Below are positions 27,675-37,351 of a stretch of DNA of 64,000 bases, piece after piece. The DNA lies in contig JBEGOD010000055.1 of the NCBI GenBank assembly GCA_041182185.1, positions 76,490-140,489 on the forward strand, in the 5' to 3' direction. The position numbers were made by a program, and so were the translations under genes. The stretch is from Pseudomonadota bacterium (GTDB taxonomy: Bacteria; Pseudomonadota; Alphaproteobacteria; Sphingomonadales; Sphingomonadaceae). How positions within the stretch are numbered: the stretch's first letter is position 1; each line of letters opens with the position of its first letter. The notes under the pieces are model-generated. The model searched no databases. It saw only the letters and a program-made list of their open reading frames with translations, and was not told the DNA's origin.

Positions 27675-28370
27675 TCAGACCACCCGGTCAGCAATCAGTT
27701 TCAAGCCCCCAACGTCAGTAAGTTCTATCTTCCCGTAGCCAAGTCTGATCAGCCCGGCTGCCTCGAAGTTTGATAGATGCTGGTTGATGGTCTTGCGCGT
27801 CAGGCCCATCATTTCGCCCAGCAGTTCCTGGCTGACCTTGATGACATGCCGATCAGCAGATTGGACATGATCGTGGAAGGCCAGCAACCGGGCCGCTATT
27901 CTCTCGCGGGGGCGCAGCGAGATGACCTCCGCAGCCATCCGAACTGCACTGCGCATGTGCGCATAGGCAAAGCCCGCCATCGCTTGCCAGATATGGGGAG
28001 CCTGCGAACCAATCCGGTCAAGGGCCTCCTCCGAAAGTTCGAGGAAGGTGCTGGGTTCGACACATACGGCGGTGACCAGGCGTGGCCCCCCGCTATAGCG
28101 CGTGGCGTGACCGATCACCGAACCGGGCCCGACCAGGCCAATCAGCACCTCGCGATCGCCCGGCGCGGCACAATAGGAATGGAGCAGGCCCGAAATGACC
28201 ACCGACAGGCCCGGTCGATCATCGCCCTCGGCCTGGGCCCATTCACCGACGTTGAGCCGGACCAGGCGGCCTTCGCTCACCAGTCTGTGAACCAGGTCGT
28301 CGGGATAGCCCTGCAGCCAGGCCGAATGCCGCAGGGCTTCGAATACCAATGACTGATCGTCTGCTTGCAT
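27675..28370 (-). CDS. Crp/Fnr family transcriptional regulator
   Basis: cNMP-like domain (SGLL...GPGSVIG...PRLVTA), RERIAARL, VSQELLGEMMGLTRKTINQHL HTH, YGKI. Confidence 0.9.
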   Translation of the reverse strand: MQADDQSLVFEALRHSAWLQGYPDDLVHRLVSEGRLVRLNVGEWAQAEGDDRPGLSVVISGLLHSYCAAPGDREVLIGLVGPGSVIGHATRYSGGPRLVTAVCVEPSTFLELSEEALDRIGSQAPHIWQAMAGFAYAHMRSAVRMAAEVISLRPRERIAARLLAFHDHVQSADRHVIKVSQELLGEMMGLTRKTINQHLSNFEAAGLIRLGYGKIELTDVGGLKLIADRVV

Positions 28371-28378
28371 GAGCCGAT

Positions 28379-28394
28379 TGTAACGACGGTGACA
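28379..28394. promoter_or_regulatory. CRP-type box TGTAA-N6-TGACA
   Basis: 8/10 match to TGTGA-N6-TCACA, in the 77-bp divergent gap next to a Crp-family gene. Confidence 0.6.
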
Positions 28395-28447
28395 GTTTCG
28401 GGCAATTGATCCTGTTAGCCACGATCCTCACGAGGAGAGGACGGGCC

Positions 28448-30280
28448 ATGGATGAGAACACCGCGCGCAAGGAGATCGTCCGGATCGGCGGCGCAACTGC
28501 CTCCTTCTCGGACACCGCACTCTCAGTGCCGCAACTGCTTGAAGCGGGCGATCTCGACTATCTGGTTTTCGACTATCTGGCCGAAGGATCGATGGGGATC
28601 TTCGGCAGAATGCAGGCCGCAGATCCTGCGGCTGGGTTCGGCACCGATTTCCTGACGGTTCATGTCGGCCCCCATCTGCACGCAATCGCCGCGCAGGGGG
28701 TGAAGGTCGTCGCCAACGCCGGTGGGGTCAATCCATCCGGACTTGCTGCGGCACTAGAAGCCTTGATCGCCGAACAGGGGCTTTCGCTCACCGTTGCTTA
28801 TGTCGAGGGGGACGACTTGCGCGATCGCGTCGCGGAACTGCGCGCAGCCAGGTACTGCGACATGTTCGACGGCACTCCTTTCCCCGACCGCGTCATCAGC
28901 GCCAATGCCTATCTTGGCGCTTTCCCGATTGCCGCAGCGCTGGCGGCTGGTGCCGACATTGTCGTCACGGGGCGCGTTGTCGATAGCGCCGTGGTGCTGG
29001 GCCCGCTGATCCACGAATTCCAGTGGACGCCCGACGATCACGATCTGCTGGCCGCCGGCACGCTTGCTGGCCATCTGCTAGAATGCGGGGCGCAGGTGAC
29101 GGGCGGGACCTTCACCGATTGGCGCGCGGTGCCGGATTGGGCCAATATCGGCTACCCCATCGGCGAATGCCATGCCGACGGCACGCTGGTGATTACCAAG
29201 CCACAAGGGACCGGCGGTCTCGTCTCGATTGGCACGGTTGCCGAACAGCTGCTGTACGAAGTCGACGATCCCTCGGACTATATCGTCGCCGACGTCCGCT
29301 GCGATTTCAGCGAGGTCCGGCTGGAACAGCTTGCTCCGGATCGGGTCCGCGTCAGCGGGGCAAAGGGACGCACGCCAACCGACAGCTACAAGGCCTGCAT
29401 CACCTTCGACAAGGGCTGGCGGGCGATTGCCTATCAACCGATCATTGGCGAAGACGCGCAGGAAAAGGCGGAGCGGCAAGCCCAGGCGCTGTTCGCCCGG
29501 TCCAGCGTTCTGCTCCGCGCCCGCAACCTGCCCGATTTTACCCTCACCGAGACAGTGATGATCGGTGCCGAGCAGAGCTTTGGTGCGCACGCGCGGACCG
29601 GAGGCACACGTGAACTGATTTCCAAACTGGTGGTCGATCACCCCACCCAAGAAGGCGCCGCCATCTTTGCGCGCGAGCAATGGGCCGGCATTTCCGGCAT
29701 GGCGGTCGGCACTTCGATCAATCTTGCCACCCATGTCATGCCGCTGACCGGCACGTTCCTGTTCCTGATCGACAAGCTGGCCACTCGCGCGACCATGACG
29801 ATCGGTGGCACGACCCACGAGATACCGATCGCAGCCGGCGAGCCTTTGGTTGCCGTCACCGCCGCTGCTCGGCGAGCAGCGGTCCCGCTGGTGCTGCCGG
29901 ACCCGGTCGAGGTCGACCTCGTCCGTTTGGCCTGGGCGCGCAGCGGTGACAAAGGGCAACTATTCAACGTGGCTGTCATTGCCCGCCGGCCCGAGTGGCT
30001 GGCCTTTCTCAGGGCGGCATTGACGGCTGAGGCGGTGAGCGAATGGTATCGGCATCTTGGGCCGAACGGACAGCAACCGGCGGTTCGCGCCCATGATGTT
30101 CCCGGCGTTCATGCGATCAACTTCGTGATCGATGGCGCGTTGCCGGGCGGGATCAACGCCAGCACCCGGCTCGATCCTGCGGCAAAGGGGATGGCCCAGA
30201 TGCTGCTGCGCTTCCCGGTGCCGGTCCCGGCCGCCCTGGCCGCTTCCCTCAATTGCCAAGCATCGAACTCAGGAGACTGA
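28448..30280 (+). CDS. AtuA-like protein (DUF1446, acyclic terpene utilisation family)
   Basis: VRIGGA, YLVFDYLAE, NAGGVNP, SANAYLGAFPI, TGRVVDSA, GHLLECG, EQLLYE, ARSGDKG, DPAAKG. Confidence 0.9.
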   Translation: MDENTARKEIVRIGGATASFSDTALSVPQLLEAGDLDYLVFDYLAEGSMGIFGRMQAADPAAGFGTDFLTVHVGPHLHAIAAQGVKVVANAGGVNPSGLAAALEALIAEQGLSLTVAYVEGDDLRDRVAELRAARYCDMFDGTPFPDRVISANAYLGAFPIAAALAAGADIVVTGRVVDSAVVLGPLIHEFQWTPDDHDLLAAGTLAGHLLECGAQVTGGTFTDWRAVPDWANIGYPIGECHADGTLVITKPQGTGGLVSIGTVAEQLLYEVDDPSDYIVADVRCDFSEVRLEQLAPDRVRVSGAKGRTPTDSYKACITFDKGWRAIAYQPIIGEDAQEKAERQAQALFARSSVLLRARNLPDFTLTETVMIGAEQSFGAHARTGGTRELISKLVVDHPTQEGAAIFAREQWAGISGMAVGTSINLATHVMPLTGTFLFLIDKLATRATMTIGGTTHEIPIAAGEPLVAVTAAARRAAVPLVLPDPVEVDLVRLAWARSGDKGQLFNVAVIARRPEWLAFLRAALTAEAVSEWYRHLGPNGQQPAVRAHDVPGVHAINFVIDGALPGGINASTRLDPAAKGMAQMLLRFPVPVPAALAASLNCQASNSGD

Positions 30281-30281
30281 C

Positions 30282-31088
30282 ATGGCCGACTATTCCTATC
30301 TGATGAATGGCATCAAATCTGTCGCAACCGAGAGCAGCGTCCTGGTCAGCTCGTCGAAGTACCTCAACGATGCGCGGGTCCGGGACTGGGTGGCGACGCA
30401 TCTGCTGCGCCGCAACGGTCCGGATGTGCCCACCCCGTCCGACTCGATCCAGCTCGTACAGATCCTGCGCGAAGTTCAGGACATCGATCACATCAATGCC
30501 CTGCTGGCCGCCGAGCGGGAAATCAATCCCGCTCTCGACGCCTGGTTCCGCGAGGGCTTCTCGTCAACCTTTACGCTCGATGATCTGAAGCGCTACGCGC
30601 CGGATACCGTAGGCGGCATCTTCTACGCCCAGCTCACCGACAATGCCCTCGACGTAAACATCGTACCGCCATTCGTGCCGAGGAACGATTTCGAGTACTT
30701 TCAATTGCGCGCCGGCCAGACCCACGACCTGGAGCACATTCTTGGCGGCGGGGGCTTCGATTTTATCGGCGAACTGGTCCCTTACTACATGCGCCTGACC
30801 AACCTGTTCGTCCATCTGTCGCCAGAACTGGCGGGTGAGCTTTCCGCCTTCTCGATCCTGGGCTCGACCCGGATCATTACCCGCGCCGTGCTGCATTATC
30901 CGCAGACCTGGCTGACCACGCTGGATGCCCTTGAGCGAGGCTCTCGCGTCGGGCGGCAATCCGCGCCGATCTTCATGATGCGCTTCGAGGACGTGTTCGA
31001 CCTGACCCCCGCAGCAGCGCGCGAGGCACTGGGAATAAAGGGCGTCGAGCTGGCAGATACCGCCACCGCCTCGGCCCAGTGGAACTGA
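30282..31088 (+). CDS. Coq4-like metal-binding protein
   Basis: HDLEH-x11-E (HDxxH-x11-E motif), DDLKRYAPDTVG, AREALGI; ATG 30282 after AGGAG. Confidence 0.7.
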   Translation: MADYSYLMNGIKSVATESSVLVSSSKYLNDARVRDWVATHLLRRNGPDVPTPSDSIQLVQILREVQDIDHINALLAAEREINPALDAWFREGFSSTFTLDDLKRYAPDTVGGIFYAQLTDNALDVNIVPPFVPRNDFEYFQLRAGQTHDLEHILGGGGFDFIGELVPYYMRLTNLFVHLSPELAGELSAFSILGSTRIITRAVLHYPQTWLTTLDALERGSRVGRQSAPIFMMRFEDVFDLTPAAAREALGIKGVELADTATASAQWN

Positions 31089-31104
31089 TCCGGAGGACCA
31101 TGCC

Positions 31105-31905
31105 ATGAACAAGCCCCTCCGCAGCAATCCGATCCTCGAAAAGCTGGCGCCGCACCCCGGCCGCTATCCGCTGTTGCCCGATCTCACCCCGCAACAGGAA
31201 CTCGCCCTGCTGTGCCGCATGCTCCATCGCGAAGGCTATGACGATCACATCGCCGGGCACATCACCCTGGCCCAGGACGACGGCAGCTTCCTGGTCAATC
31301 CCTGGGAACTGGCCTGGGACGAACTGACTGCAGCCGACATCATCCGCGTCGATGGCGCAGGCCAGGTGATCGAGGGCGAATGGAACGTGACGCCGGCGAT
31401 CGGCCTGCATCTGGCCGTGCACCGCAACCGTCATGACCTGAAGGTCGCCATCCACAACCATCCACGCTGGGGTTCCGTCTGGTCGGCGGCCGGCCGAATC
31501 CCGCCTGTCTACGACCAGACTTCGGGCCAGGTCGAGGGCGATCCGGTACTCTACGACGAGTATGCCGGAACCGTCGACGGCGCTTCCCAGGCCGAGGCGG
31601 CCGCAGCGGCGCTGGGCGGGGCAAAATGGGCGATCCTCAGGAATCACGGCGTTTTCCTCGTCGCCAGGGATATACGCCAGGCCCATCTGCGCGCGATCAC
31701 ACTCGAGCACCGCTGCCGGCTCGCCTGGCAGGTCGAGGCGCTCGGCGGCGGCCAGCCTGTCAACGACCCTGAGACGCTGCGGGTCGCGCAGATGTCGGAC
31801 GACCTCGGCTTCCCTTTCCTATGGGAGGCCATGGCCCGCCGCGAAATCCGGCACGATCCGGCGGTGCTTGGCGGTGATGCGTTTGCGGAAGGACGCGGGC
31901 GATGA
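31105..31905 (+). CDS. Class II aldolase/adducin family protein
   Basis: AGHIT, FLVNP, LHLAVH, IHNH, LRNHG zinc-ligand pattern. Confidence 0.88.
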   Translation: MNKPLRSNPILEKLAPHPGRYPLLPDLTPQQELALLCRMLHREGYDDHIAGHITLAQDDGSFLVNPWELAWDELTAADIIRVDGAGQVIEGEWNVTPAIGLHLAVHRNRHDLKVAIHNHPRWGSVWSAAGRIPPVYDQTSGQVEGDPVLYDEYAGTVDGASQAEAAAAALGGAKWAILRNHGVFLVARDIRQAHLRAITLEHRCRLAWQVEALGGGQPVNDPETLRVAQMSDDLGFPFLWEAMARREIRHDPAVLGGDAFAEGRGR

Positions 31906-33383
31906 GCCGGGCCAGACCGCTCAAGGCGATTGTCGTCGGCGCAGGCATGGCTGGCCTGCTGGCCGCGATCCGTCTGCGTGAGCGCGGCGATGACGTGATT
32001 GTGCTCGAAAAGGGCGACGAGATTGGCGGAACCTGGCGGGATAACCGCTACCTGGGCCTGACCTGCGATGTCCCGGCCCACTCCTATACCTATTCCTTTG
32101 CACCGAACCCCGACTGGAGCCGCTATTTCGCCAGCGGGAGCGAGATCCTCGACTATTTTCGCGGCGTCACCGATCGCTTTGGCCTGCGCGAGCTGATCCG
32201 GTTCGGGCAGGATGTAGTCTCCACCCGCTGGATCGACGGCGGCTGGACAGCAGAAACGCGCAGCGGTGAAACATACCGGGGCGATGTGCTGATCGCGGCA
32301 ACCGGCGTGCTCCACTATCCCCGTTTCCCGGAGATTGCTGGGCTGGAAAGCTTCGCCGGGGACTGCTTCCATTCGGCCCAATGGCCGGATGGCATCGACC
32401 TGGCGGGCAAGCGCGTCGCGGTGATCGGCAACGGCTCGACCGGGGTCCAGCTCGTCTCCGCGCTCGCGGACGTGGCCGGCCATGTCCAGCATTTCCAGCG
32501 CTCGCCGCAATGGATCATGCCGGTTCAGGATTTCGCCTGGTCGCCCGAGGACAGGGAGCGCTTTCGCGGCGACCCGGCAGCGATCGACGCGATCCGTTAT
32601 GACCCGGAATACATCGCCAATGTCAGGCGCTTCAACGATGCCATCATCGATCCCGGCTCCGACGCGATGACCCAGATCGAGACCTTTGTCAGGGATCATC
32701 TGGAAACGGCAGTCAGCGATCCCGAACTGCGCGAAAAGCTGCGCCCCGACTATCGCGCCGCCTGCAAGCGCCTGATCTACTCTCCTTCGTATTACGAGAA
32801 AGTCCAAAGCCCGAACGTGACAGTGGTGCGAGAAGGCATCGATCATGTCGAGCCTGAAGGCGTGCGAACGCGCGACGGCATGCTCCATCAGAGCGATGTC
32901 CTGATCCTTGCCACCGGCTACCATGCCGATCGCTTCGTCCGCCCGATTCAGCCGGTCGGCCGCGCCGGGCAACGCCTGGACCAGGTGTGGGAGCGCCGCG
33001 CCACAGCCTATCTGGCGATCAGCGTGCCCGAGTTTCCCAACCTCTTCATGCTCAACGGACCCACTGGCCCGGTCGGCAACTTCTCGCTGATCGACATTGC
33101 CGAAGCGCAGTGGGGCTATATCGACCAGCTGCTCGACCTCATCAGGAACGGCTCCGCCAGCGAGATCTCCGCCAGCCACGCCGCAATGGACGATTACGAG
33201 CAGCGCCGTATCGCCGCTGCCCGCACCACCGTTTTCGCCAGCGGCTGTTCGAGCTGGTATCTCGATAAGGAAGGCGTGCCGCAGTGCTGGCCCTGGAGCT
33301 TTGACCGGTTCTTCGAGGAAATGAGCAGGCCAGATTTCGGAGCATTCGAGCTGCGAAGTACCAGTGGGGAGGATCAGTCATGA
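31902..33383 (+). CDS. Type I Baeyer-Villiger-type flavin monooxygenase
   Basis: GAGMAG, GGTWRDNRY, FAGDCFHSAQWP (FxGxxxHxxxWP fingerprint), GNGSTG, ATGY, GCSSWY. Confidence 0.88.
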   Translation: MSRARPLKAIVVGAGMAGLLAAIRLRERGDDVIVLEKGDEIGGTWRDNRYLGLTCDVPAHSYTYSFAPNPDWSRYFASGSEILDYFRGVTDRFGLRELIRFGQDVVSTRWIDGGWTAETRSGETYRGDVLIAATGVLHYPRFPEIAGLESFAGDCFHSAQWPDGIDLAGKRVAVIGNGSTGVQLVSALADVAGHVQHFQRSPQWIMPVQDFAWSPEDRERFRGDPAAIDAIRYDPEYIANVRRFNDAIIDPGSDAMTQIETFVRDHLETAVSDPELREKLRPDYRAACKRLIYSPSYYEKVQSPNVTVVREGIDHVEPEGVRTRDGMLHQSDVLILATGYHADRFVRPIQPVGRAGQRLDQVWERRATAYLAISVPEFPNLFMLNGPTGPVGNFSLIDIAEAQWGYIDQLLDLIRNGSASEISASHAAMDDYEQRRIAAARTTVFASGCSSWYLDKEGVPQCWPWSFDRFFEEMSRPDFGAFELRSTSGEDQS

Positions 33384-34186
33384 CCGGCAGCCAGAAGCTC
33401 GCCGTAGTGACCGGCGCGGCGAACGGGATCGGTGCGGGCCTCTCGCGGGAAGCGGCAAGAGCGGGCTACCGTGTCCTGCTGGCTGATTGCAACGAGCCTG
33501 CCCTGGCCCGGACAGCAGCGGCGATCCCTGGTGCCGAATATCGCGTCACCGATGTGACCGATCCCATCCAGATGGCCGCGCTAGCAGACCATGCCGAAGC
33601 CTTGGGCGGCGCGGATCTGCTGTTCAACAATGCCGGGGTAATGACCACAGGTTTTAGCTGGGAGATCCCCGCCGCCGATTGGGACCGCGCAATCGCGATC
33701 AATATCGGCGGTGTCCTGAACGGGGCCCGCGCTTTCATCCCGCGCATGATCGCGCGGGGCAAGCCTGCGCAAATCGTCAACACCGCCTCGGTCGGCGGGT
33801 TCCTGCCCAGCCCGCTGATGGCGCCCTACTCGGCCACCAAGTTTGCGATCGTCGCGATCACCGAGGCCATGCAATGCGAACTGGAACTGTTGGGCGCCCC
33901 GATTTCGATCAGCCTCCTGGCCCCCGGACCGGTCCTGTCCGAGATCTTCGCAAGCCCCTTCGGAGGAGACGCTCACCCGGCGACCGAGCGGTTTGTCGAG
34001 ACAATGAAGGAAATGACCGCGCTGCACGGCATGGGGGCCGATGAATTCGCCGCCCTGGTCTTTCAGGGCATCGGCCGGGGTGAATACTGGATCATTCCAC
34101 AGCCCGAAGCACTGGATCCGTTCCTGCAGGCCCGGCACGAAATGATCCGGGAGCGTCGTCGGCCGACCGGCTCGATGACAGGCTAG
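33380..34186 (+). CDS. Short-chain dehydrogenase/reductase
   Basis: TGAANGIG, NNAG, NTAS, YSATK. Confidence 0.9.
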   Translation: MTGSQKLAVVTGAANGIGAGLSREAARAGYRVLLADCNEPALARTAAAIPGAEYRVTDVTDPIQMAALADHAEALGGADLLFNNAGVMTTGFSWEIPAADWDRAIAINIGGVLNGARAFIPRMIARGKPAQIVNTASVGGFLPSPLMAPYSATKFAIVAITEAMQCELELLGAPISISLLAPGPVLSEIFASPFGGDAHPATERFVETMKEMTALHGMGADEFAALVFQGIGRGEYWIIPQPEALDPFLQARHEMIRERRRPTGSMTG

Positions 34187-34201
34187 AGCGCGGAGTGCCC
34201 C

Positions 34202-35113
34202 ATGATTGACTCTGAAATCCAAGCCCTGCTGACAGCACTGGCCGAGAGTGGCTTTGCCCTGCCAGAGCCCCTTGATCCCGTTGCGCTGCGCGCCATGCTC
34301 GATGTTCCAATCCCTGCACCGCCAGTCGACATTGCCCGCACCGACCTGGTGATTGCCGGGCAGGATCGTGCGCTACCGGCGCGGCTTTATCACGCCGCGC
34401 CAGGTCAGGCTTTGCCTGTGGTGCTTTTCTTCCATGGCGGCGGCTGGGTCCATGGCACCCTCGATACGCATGACCGGTTAGCGGCGGCCCTTGCCGTACA
34501 AGCGCAATGCGCCGTCCTGTCGGTCGGCTATCGACTGGCTCCGGAAAATCCATTCCCGGCAGCATGGGAAGATGCGCTGCTGTCCTTGAGGTGGTTGAAG
34601 GAAAATCACGCCCGGCTGGGTGTTGACGCAAGCTATATCGCTTTGGCCGGGGATAGTGCGGGCGGCAATCTGGCAGCTGCGGCAGCTCAGGCCGTGGCCG
34701 GCGATGCTTCGGTCGTTCACCAGTTGCTGCTCTATCCGGCCCTGGATGGCTCGTGCTCAACCCGCTCTTTCGGCACACACTATCCGGGCTTTCTCAGTCC
34801 GGCGCAAATGAACTGGTATTGGGAGCAGTATGCCAAGGAACGGCGCTTCGATCCCAGGGTCTCTCCAGCGGCAGGGCGCATCCTGCCAGCCCTGGCACCC
34901 GCTACCATTATCCTTGCAGCGAACGACCCGCTCCATGACGAGGGCGCAGCATATGCAGCGCAGCTTCGTGCCGCCGGGATCAAGGTGGACCTCCATGACT
35001 ATGACGGTGCAGTGCATGGTTTCATGAGCTTGATTGGCCTGGCAGCCCTGGCCGACGCGGCTGTCTCAGTGGCCAGCACCGCTCTGCATCGGGCATTCTC
35101 AGGGCATCGTTAA
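34202..35113 (+). CDS. HSL-family esterase (alpha/beta hydrolase_3)
   Basis: HGGGW, YRLAPE, GDSAGG, DPLHDEG, HGF. Confidence 0.92.
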   Translation: MIDSEIQALLTALAESGFALPEPLDPVALRAMLDVPIPAPPVDIARTDLVIAGQDRALPARLYHAAPGQALPVVLFFHGGGWVHGTLDTHDRLAAALAVQAQCAVLSVGYRLAPENPFPAAWEDALLSLRWLKENHARLGVDASYIALAGDSAGGNLAAAAAQAVAGDASVVHQLLLYPALDGSCSTRSFGTHYPGFLSPAQMNWYWEQYAKERRFDPRVSPAAGRILPALAPATIILAANDPLHDEGAAYAAQLRAAGIKVDLHDYDGAVHGFMSLIGLAALADAAVSVASTALHRAFSGHR

Positions 35114-35254
35114 AGCATCTCCTGCGGATTAACGTCGCGTCAGGATTGCCGACCACCGCTACCCCCAGGACTAGTGCCGCCGATCAGACGCTCTGAAGGG
35201 AGCGCCACATTGCGGCGGCGGAGACCGTGGGAATTCTCTGCTCGAGCAGACTTT

Positions 35255-35311
35255 GTGGCGGGGGGGCAGTCGACCGGCGTCGAACCTTCTCTGAGGCGTA
35301 AGCTATTGAAT
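35255..35311. other. Putative attachment-site relic (tRNA 3'-end-like) plus IHF-like site
   Basis: Minus strand reads GGTTCGA...CCCCCCCGCCA. TAAGCTATTGAAT at 35299-35311 is one mismatch from the IHF consensus. Coincides with a visible drop in GC. Confidence 0.4.
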
Positions 35312-35394
35312 TATAATAATTGTACTGGGTTCGGAACCTAGATACGGCATTAATCCGACTAAAGATATGTCCAGTTAAGAACCCAAAAGTCCCG

Positions 35395-35967
35395 CTATTC
35401 CGCCAGTATAGCCGAGACCAGCCGTCTCAAATCCATTTCAAGCTCCTCTCTGCTTTTAGCCTGTTCACTGATCCCGATTGATGCGCAGAAAATAAGCCTG
35501 GCATCATCGCGAGGCGTACTCGACCCGGCCGCTTGCAACGCTCGAAAGATAGCGTCCTCGATTGCCCTATCCATTGCGTTGAAAAGTTGCCCAAATTCAT
35601 GTCTGCGCGTGTCGAGCAATTCCAATCTATGAGGGCTTCCGATGGCCGCATCAAATGCTCGCCCATGTTTTGCCATAAGCGCATTCGATATGCGGTCAGC
35701 CAGGCTGCCTTTTTCCTTAAGCGCAGCGATAACTCCTAGTTGCATGTCGCTTGCCAAGCGCGATGCCACAGCGGAAAAAACGGTCATTTTATCAGGGAAG
35801 TATGCGTAAAGTGTCGCCTTAGAGATGGAACTAGCCGCAGCAATCGCTTCCATTGTAGCTGATCTCAGGCCAACCTTGGCAAACAAGCTCTCGGCAGCGT
35901 CGAGAATACGATCGCGCTTGATCGTCTTCGCACGAGTTATCGGTTTTGGGTCATCTTCGCGGGTCAT
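35395..35967 (-). CDS. TetR/AcrR family regulator
   Basis: RILDAAESLFAKVGLRSATMEAIA..SKATLYAYFPDK. Confidence 0.92.
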   Translation of the reverse strand: MTREDDPKPITRAKTIKRDRILDAAESLFAKVGLRSATMEAIAAASSISKATLYAYFPDKMTVFSAVASRLASDMQLGVIAALKEKGSLADRISNALMAKHGRAFDAAIGSPHRLELLDTRRHEFGQLFNAMDRAIEDAIFRALQAAGSSTPRDDARLIFCASIGISEQAKSREELEMDLRRLVSAILAE

Positions 35968-36020
35968 CTCCACTTGATAGTTTCCCGCCTTGACATCTGC
36001 AACCGATCAAACAAACGTAC

Positions 36021-36037
36021 TAAACGATAGTCGTTTA
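36021..36037. promoter_or_regulatory. Probable TetR operator TAAACGA-TAG-TCGTTTA
   Basis: Perfect 7-3-7 palindrome in the divergent tetR/reductase gap, upstream of a TATGAT -10-like hexamer. Confidence 0.65.
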
Positions 36038-36063
36038 AAACGTATGATTCTGAGGACGCCGCT

Positions 36064-37089
36064 ATGCAAGAACGGGTACTGGTCACGGGAGCCAATGGCT
36101 TTATTGCCTCGCACATCACCAAGCTGCTGCTGGAGCAGGGATTCGCCGTTCGGGGGACGGTTCGTAATCCGCTGAAGGCAGATACGGTTGGCTTTCTTAA
36201 AGCGTTGCCAGATTCCGGCAATTTAGAGCTTGTTTCGGCGGACTTGAACGATGAAGGCGCATTCTCAAATTATACTGCAGATGTGGATTATGTAATCCAC
36301 ACTGCGAGCCCATTTGTTATCGACGTTGAGGACGTTGAGCGCGACCTAGTCCAACCTGCGGTGCGCGGCACCGTCTCGGCATTGGAGGCTGCAGCGAAGT
36401 CTAGCCGCGTTAAGCGCGTTGTTCTCACTTCTTCCATGGCCGCGATCACCGATGCGCCAGATGGCAGGGTGCTGACCGAAGCGGATTGGAATGAAAAATC
36501 TTCTGTAACCCGCAACCCTTACTACTATTCCAAGACGCAAGCTGAACGTGCCGCCTGGACTTTTACGAAGGAAAATAGCACCGGCTTTGATCTAGTCGTC
36601 ATAAACCCCTTCATGGTTGCCGGACCTTCGCTAAGCACCGGTGTCAGTACGTCCAATCAGCTCTTCATTGACATCGCCAATGGTCAATATCCTGCCTTGA
36701 TGGCACTCAACTGGGGCTTTGTTGACGTTCGAGAGGTAGCCGAGGCCCATGTTCGCGCAATGAAGGCGTCGAACGCCAAAGGGCGCTACATCTGCGCTGC
36801 GGGCAATATGGATATGCACCAAATTACCAATCTAATGAAGTCGGTCGGCGTGCAGGGTAAGCTTCCATCATTCGACATGAGCGGACGCATTGGGACCACA
36901 ACGATGAAGCTTCTCTCAAATTTCCAGCCGAGTGGCATAGGAAGCTACCTCAGAACACATCTTGGAAGCGTTCCGCGGTTTGATAATAGCAAAATCCAGC
37001 GCGATCTCGGCATAGGGTTTCGTGACGTCGAAGAGACAATTTATGATACCGTGCACGACCTCATCGAATGGGGGCATTTGTCTAATTGA
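36064..37089 (+). CDS. Extended SDR, aldehyde reductase / dihydroflavonol-reductase-like
   Basis: TGANGFIA, VRGTVR, HTASP, TSSMAA, YYYSK, FVDVREVA. Confidence 0.9.
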   Translation: MQERVLVTGANGFIASHITKLLLEQGFAVRGTVRNPLKADTVGFLKALPDSGNLELVSADLNDEGAFSNYTADVDYVIHTASPFVIDVEDVERDLVQPAVRGTVSALEAAAKSSRVKRVVLTSSMAAITDAPDGRVLTEADWNEKSSVTRNPYYYSKTQAERAAWTFTKENSTGFDLVVINPFMVAGPSLSTGVSTSNQLFIDIANGQYPALMALNWGFVDVREVAEAHVRAMKASNAKGRYICAAGNMDMHQITNLMKSVGVQGKLPSFDMSGRIGTTTMKLLSNFQPSGIGSYLRTHLGSVPRFDNSKIQRDLGIGFRDVEETIYDTVHDLIEWGHLSN

Positions 37090-37351
37090 ATGTCCAGCTG
37101 CGACCTTTGGTCCGATTTGCTGGGTGCTTTCTCGCCATGCAACCTACGCCTTGGCATCGCCAATGAAACTTGCGATTTTGGGATCATCTATAGAGGCTTC
37201 ATGGCTAAATGCGCGACAATTGACGCGGGACGCCGACTAGGAGTTCCTCACCCGTCGATTTCGAACGGCAGCATATTATGAAAGCGGAAGGAATCCAGAA
37301 CACTAGGGGCTACTCGGATTATATGCCCCACCTCTTTAGGTGTTGCTCTTT

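Noticed and set aside
35255-35293. tRNA gene
   Set aside because: Only a T-loop-like GGTTCGA and a CCA end; spacing is wrong and I could not fold a cloverleaf. Kept only as a possible att relic
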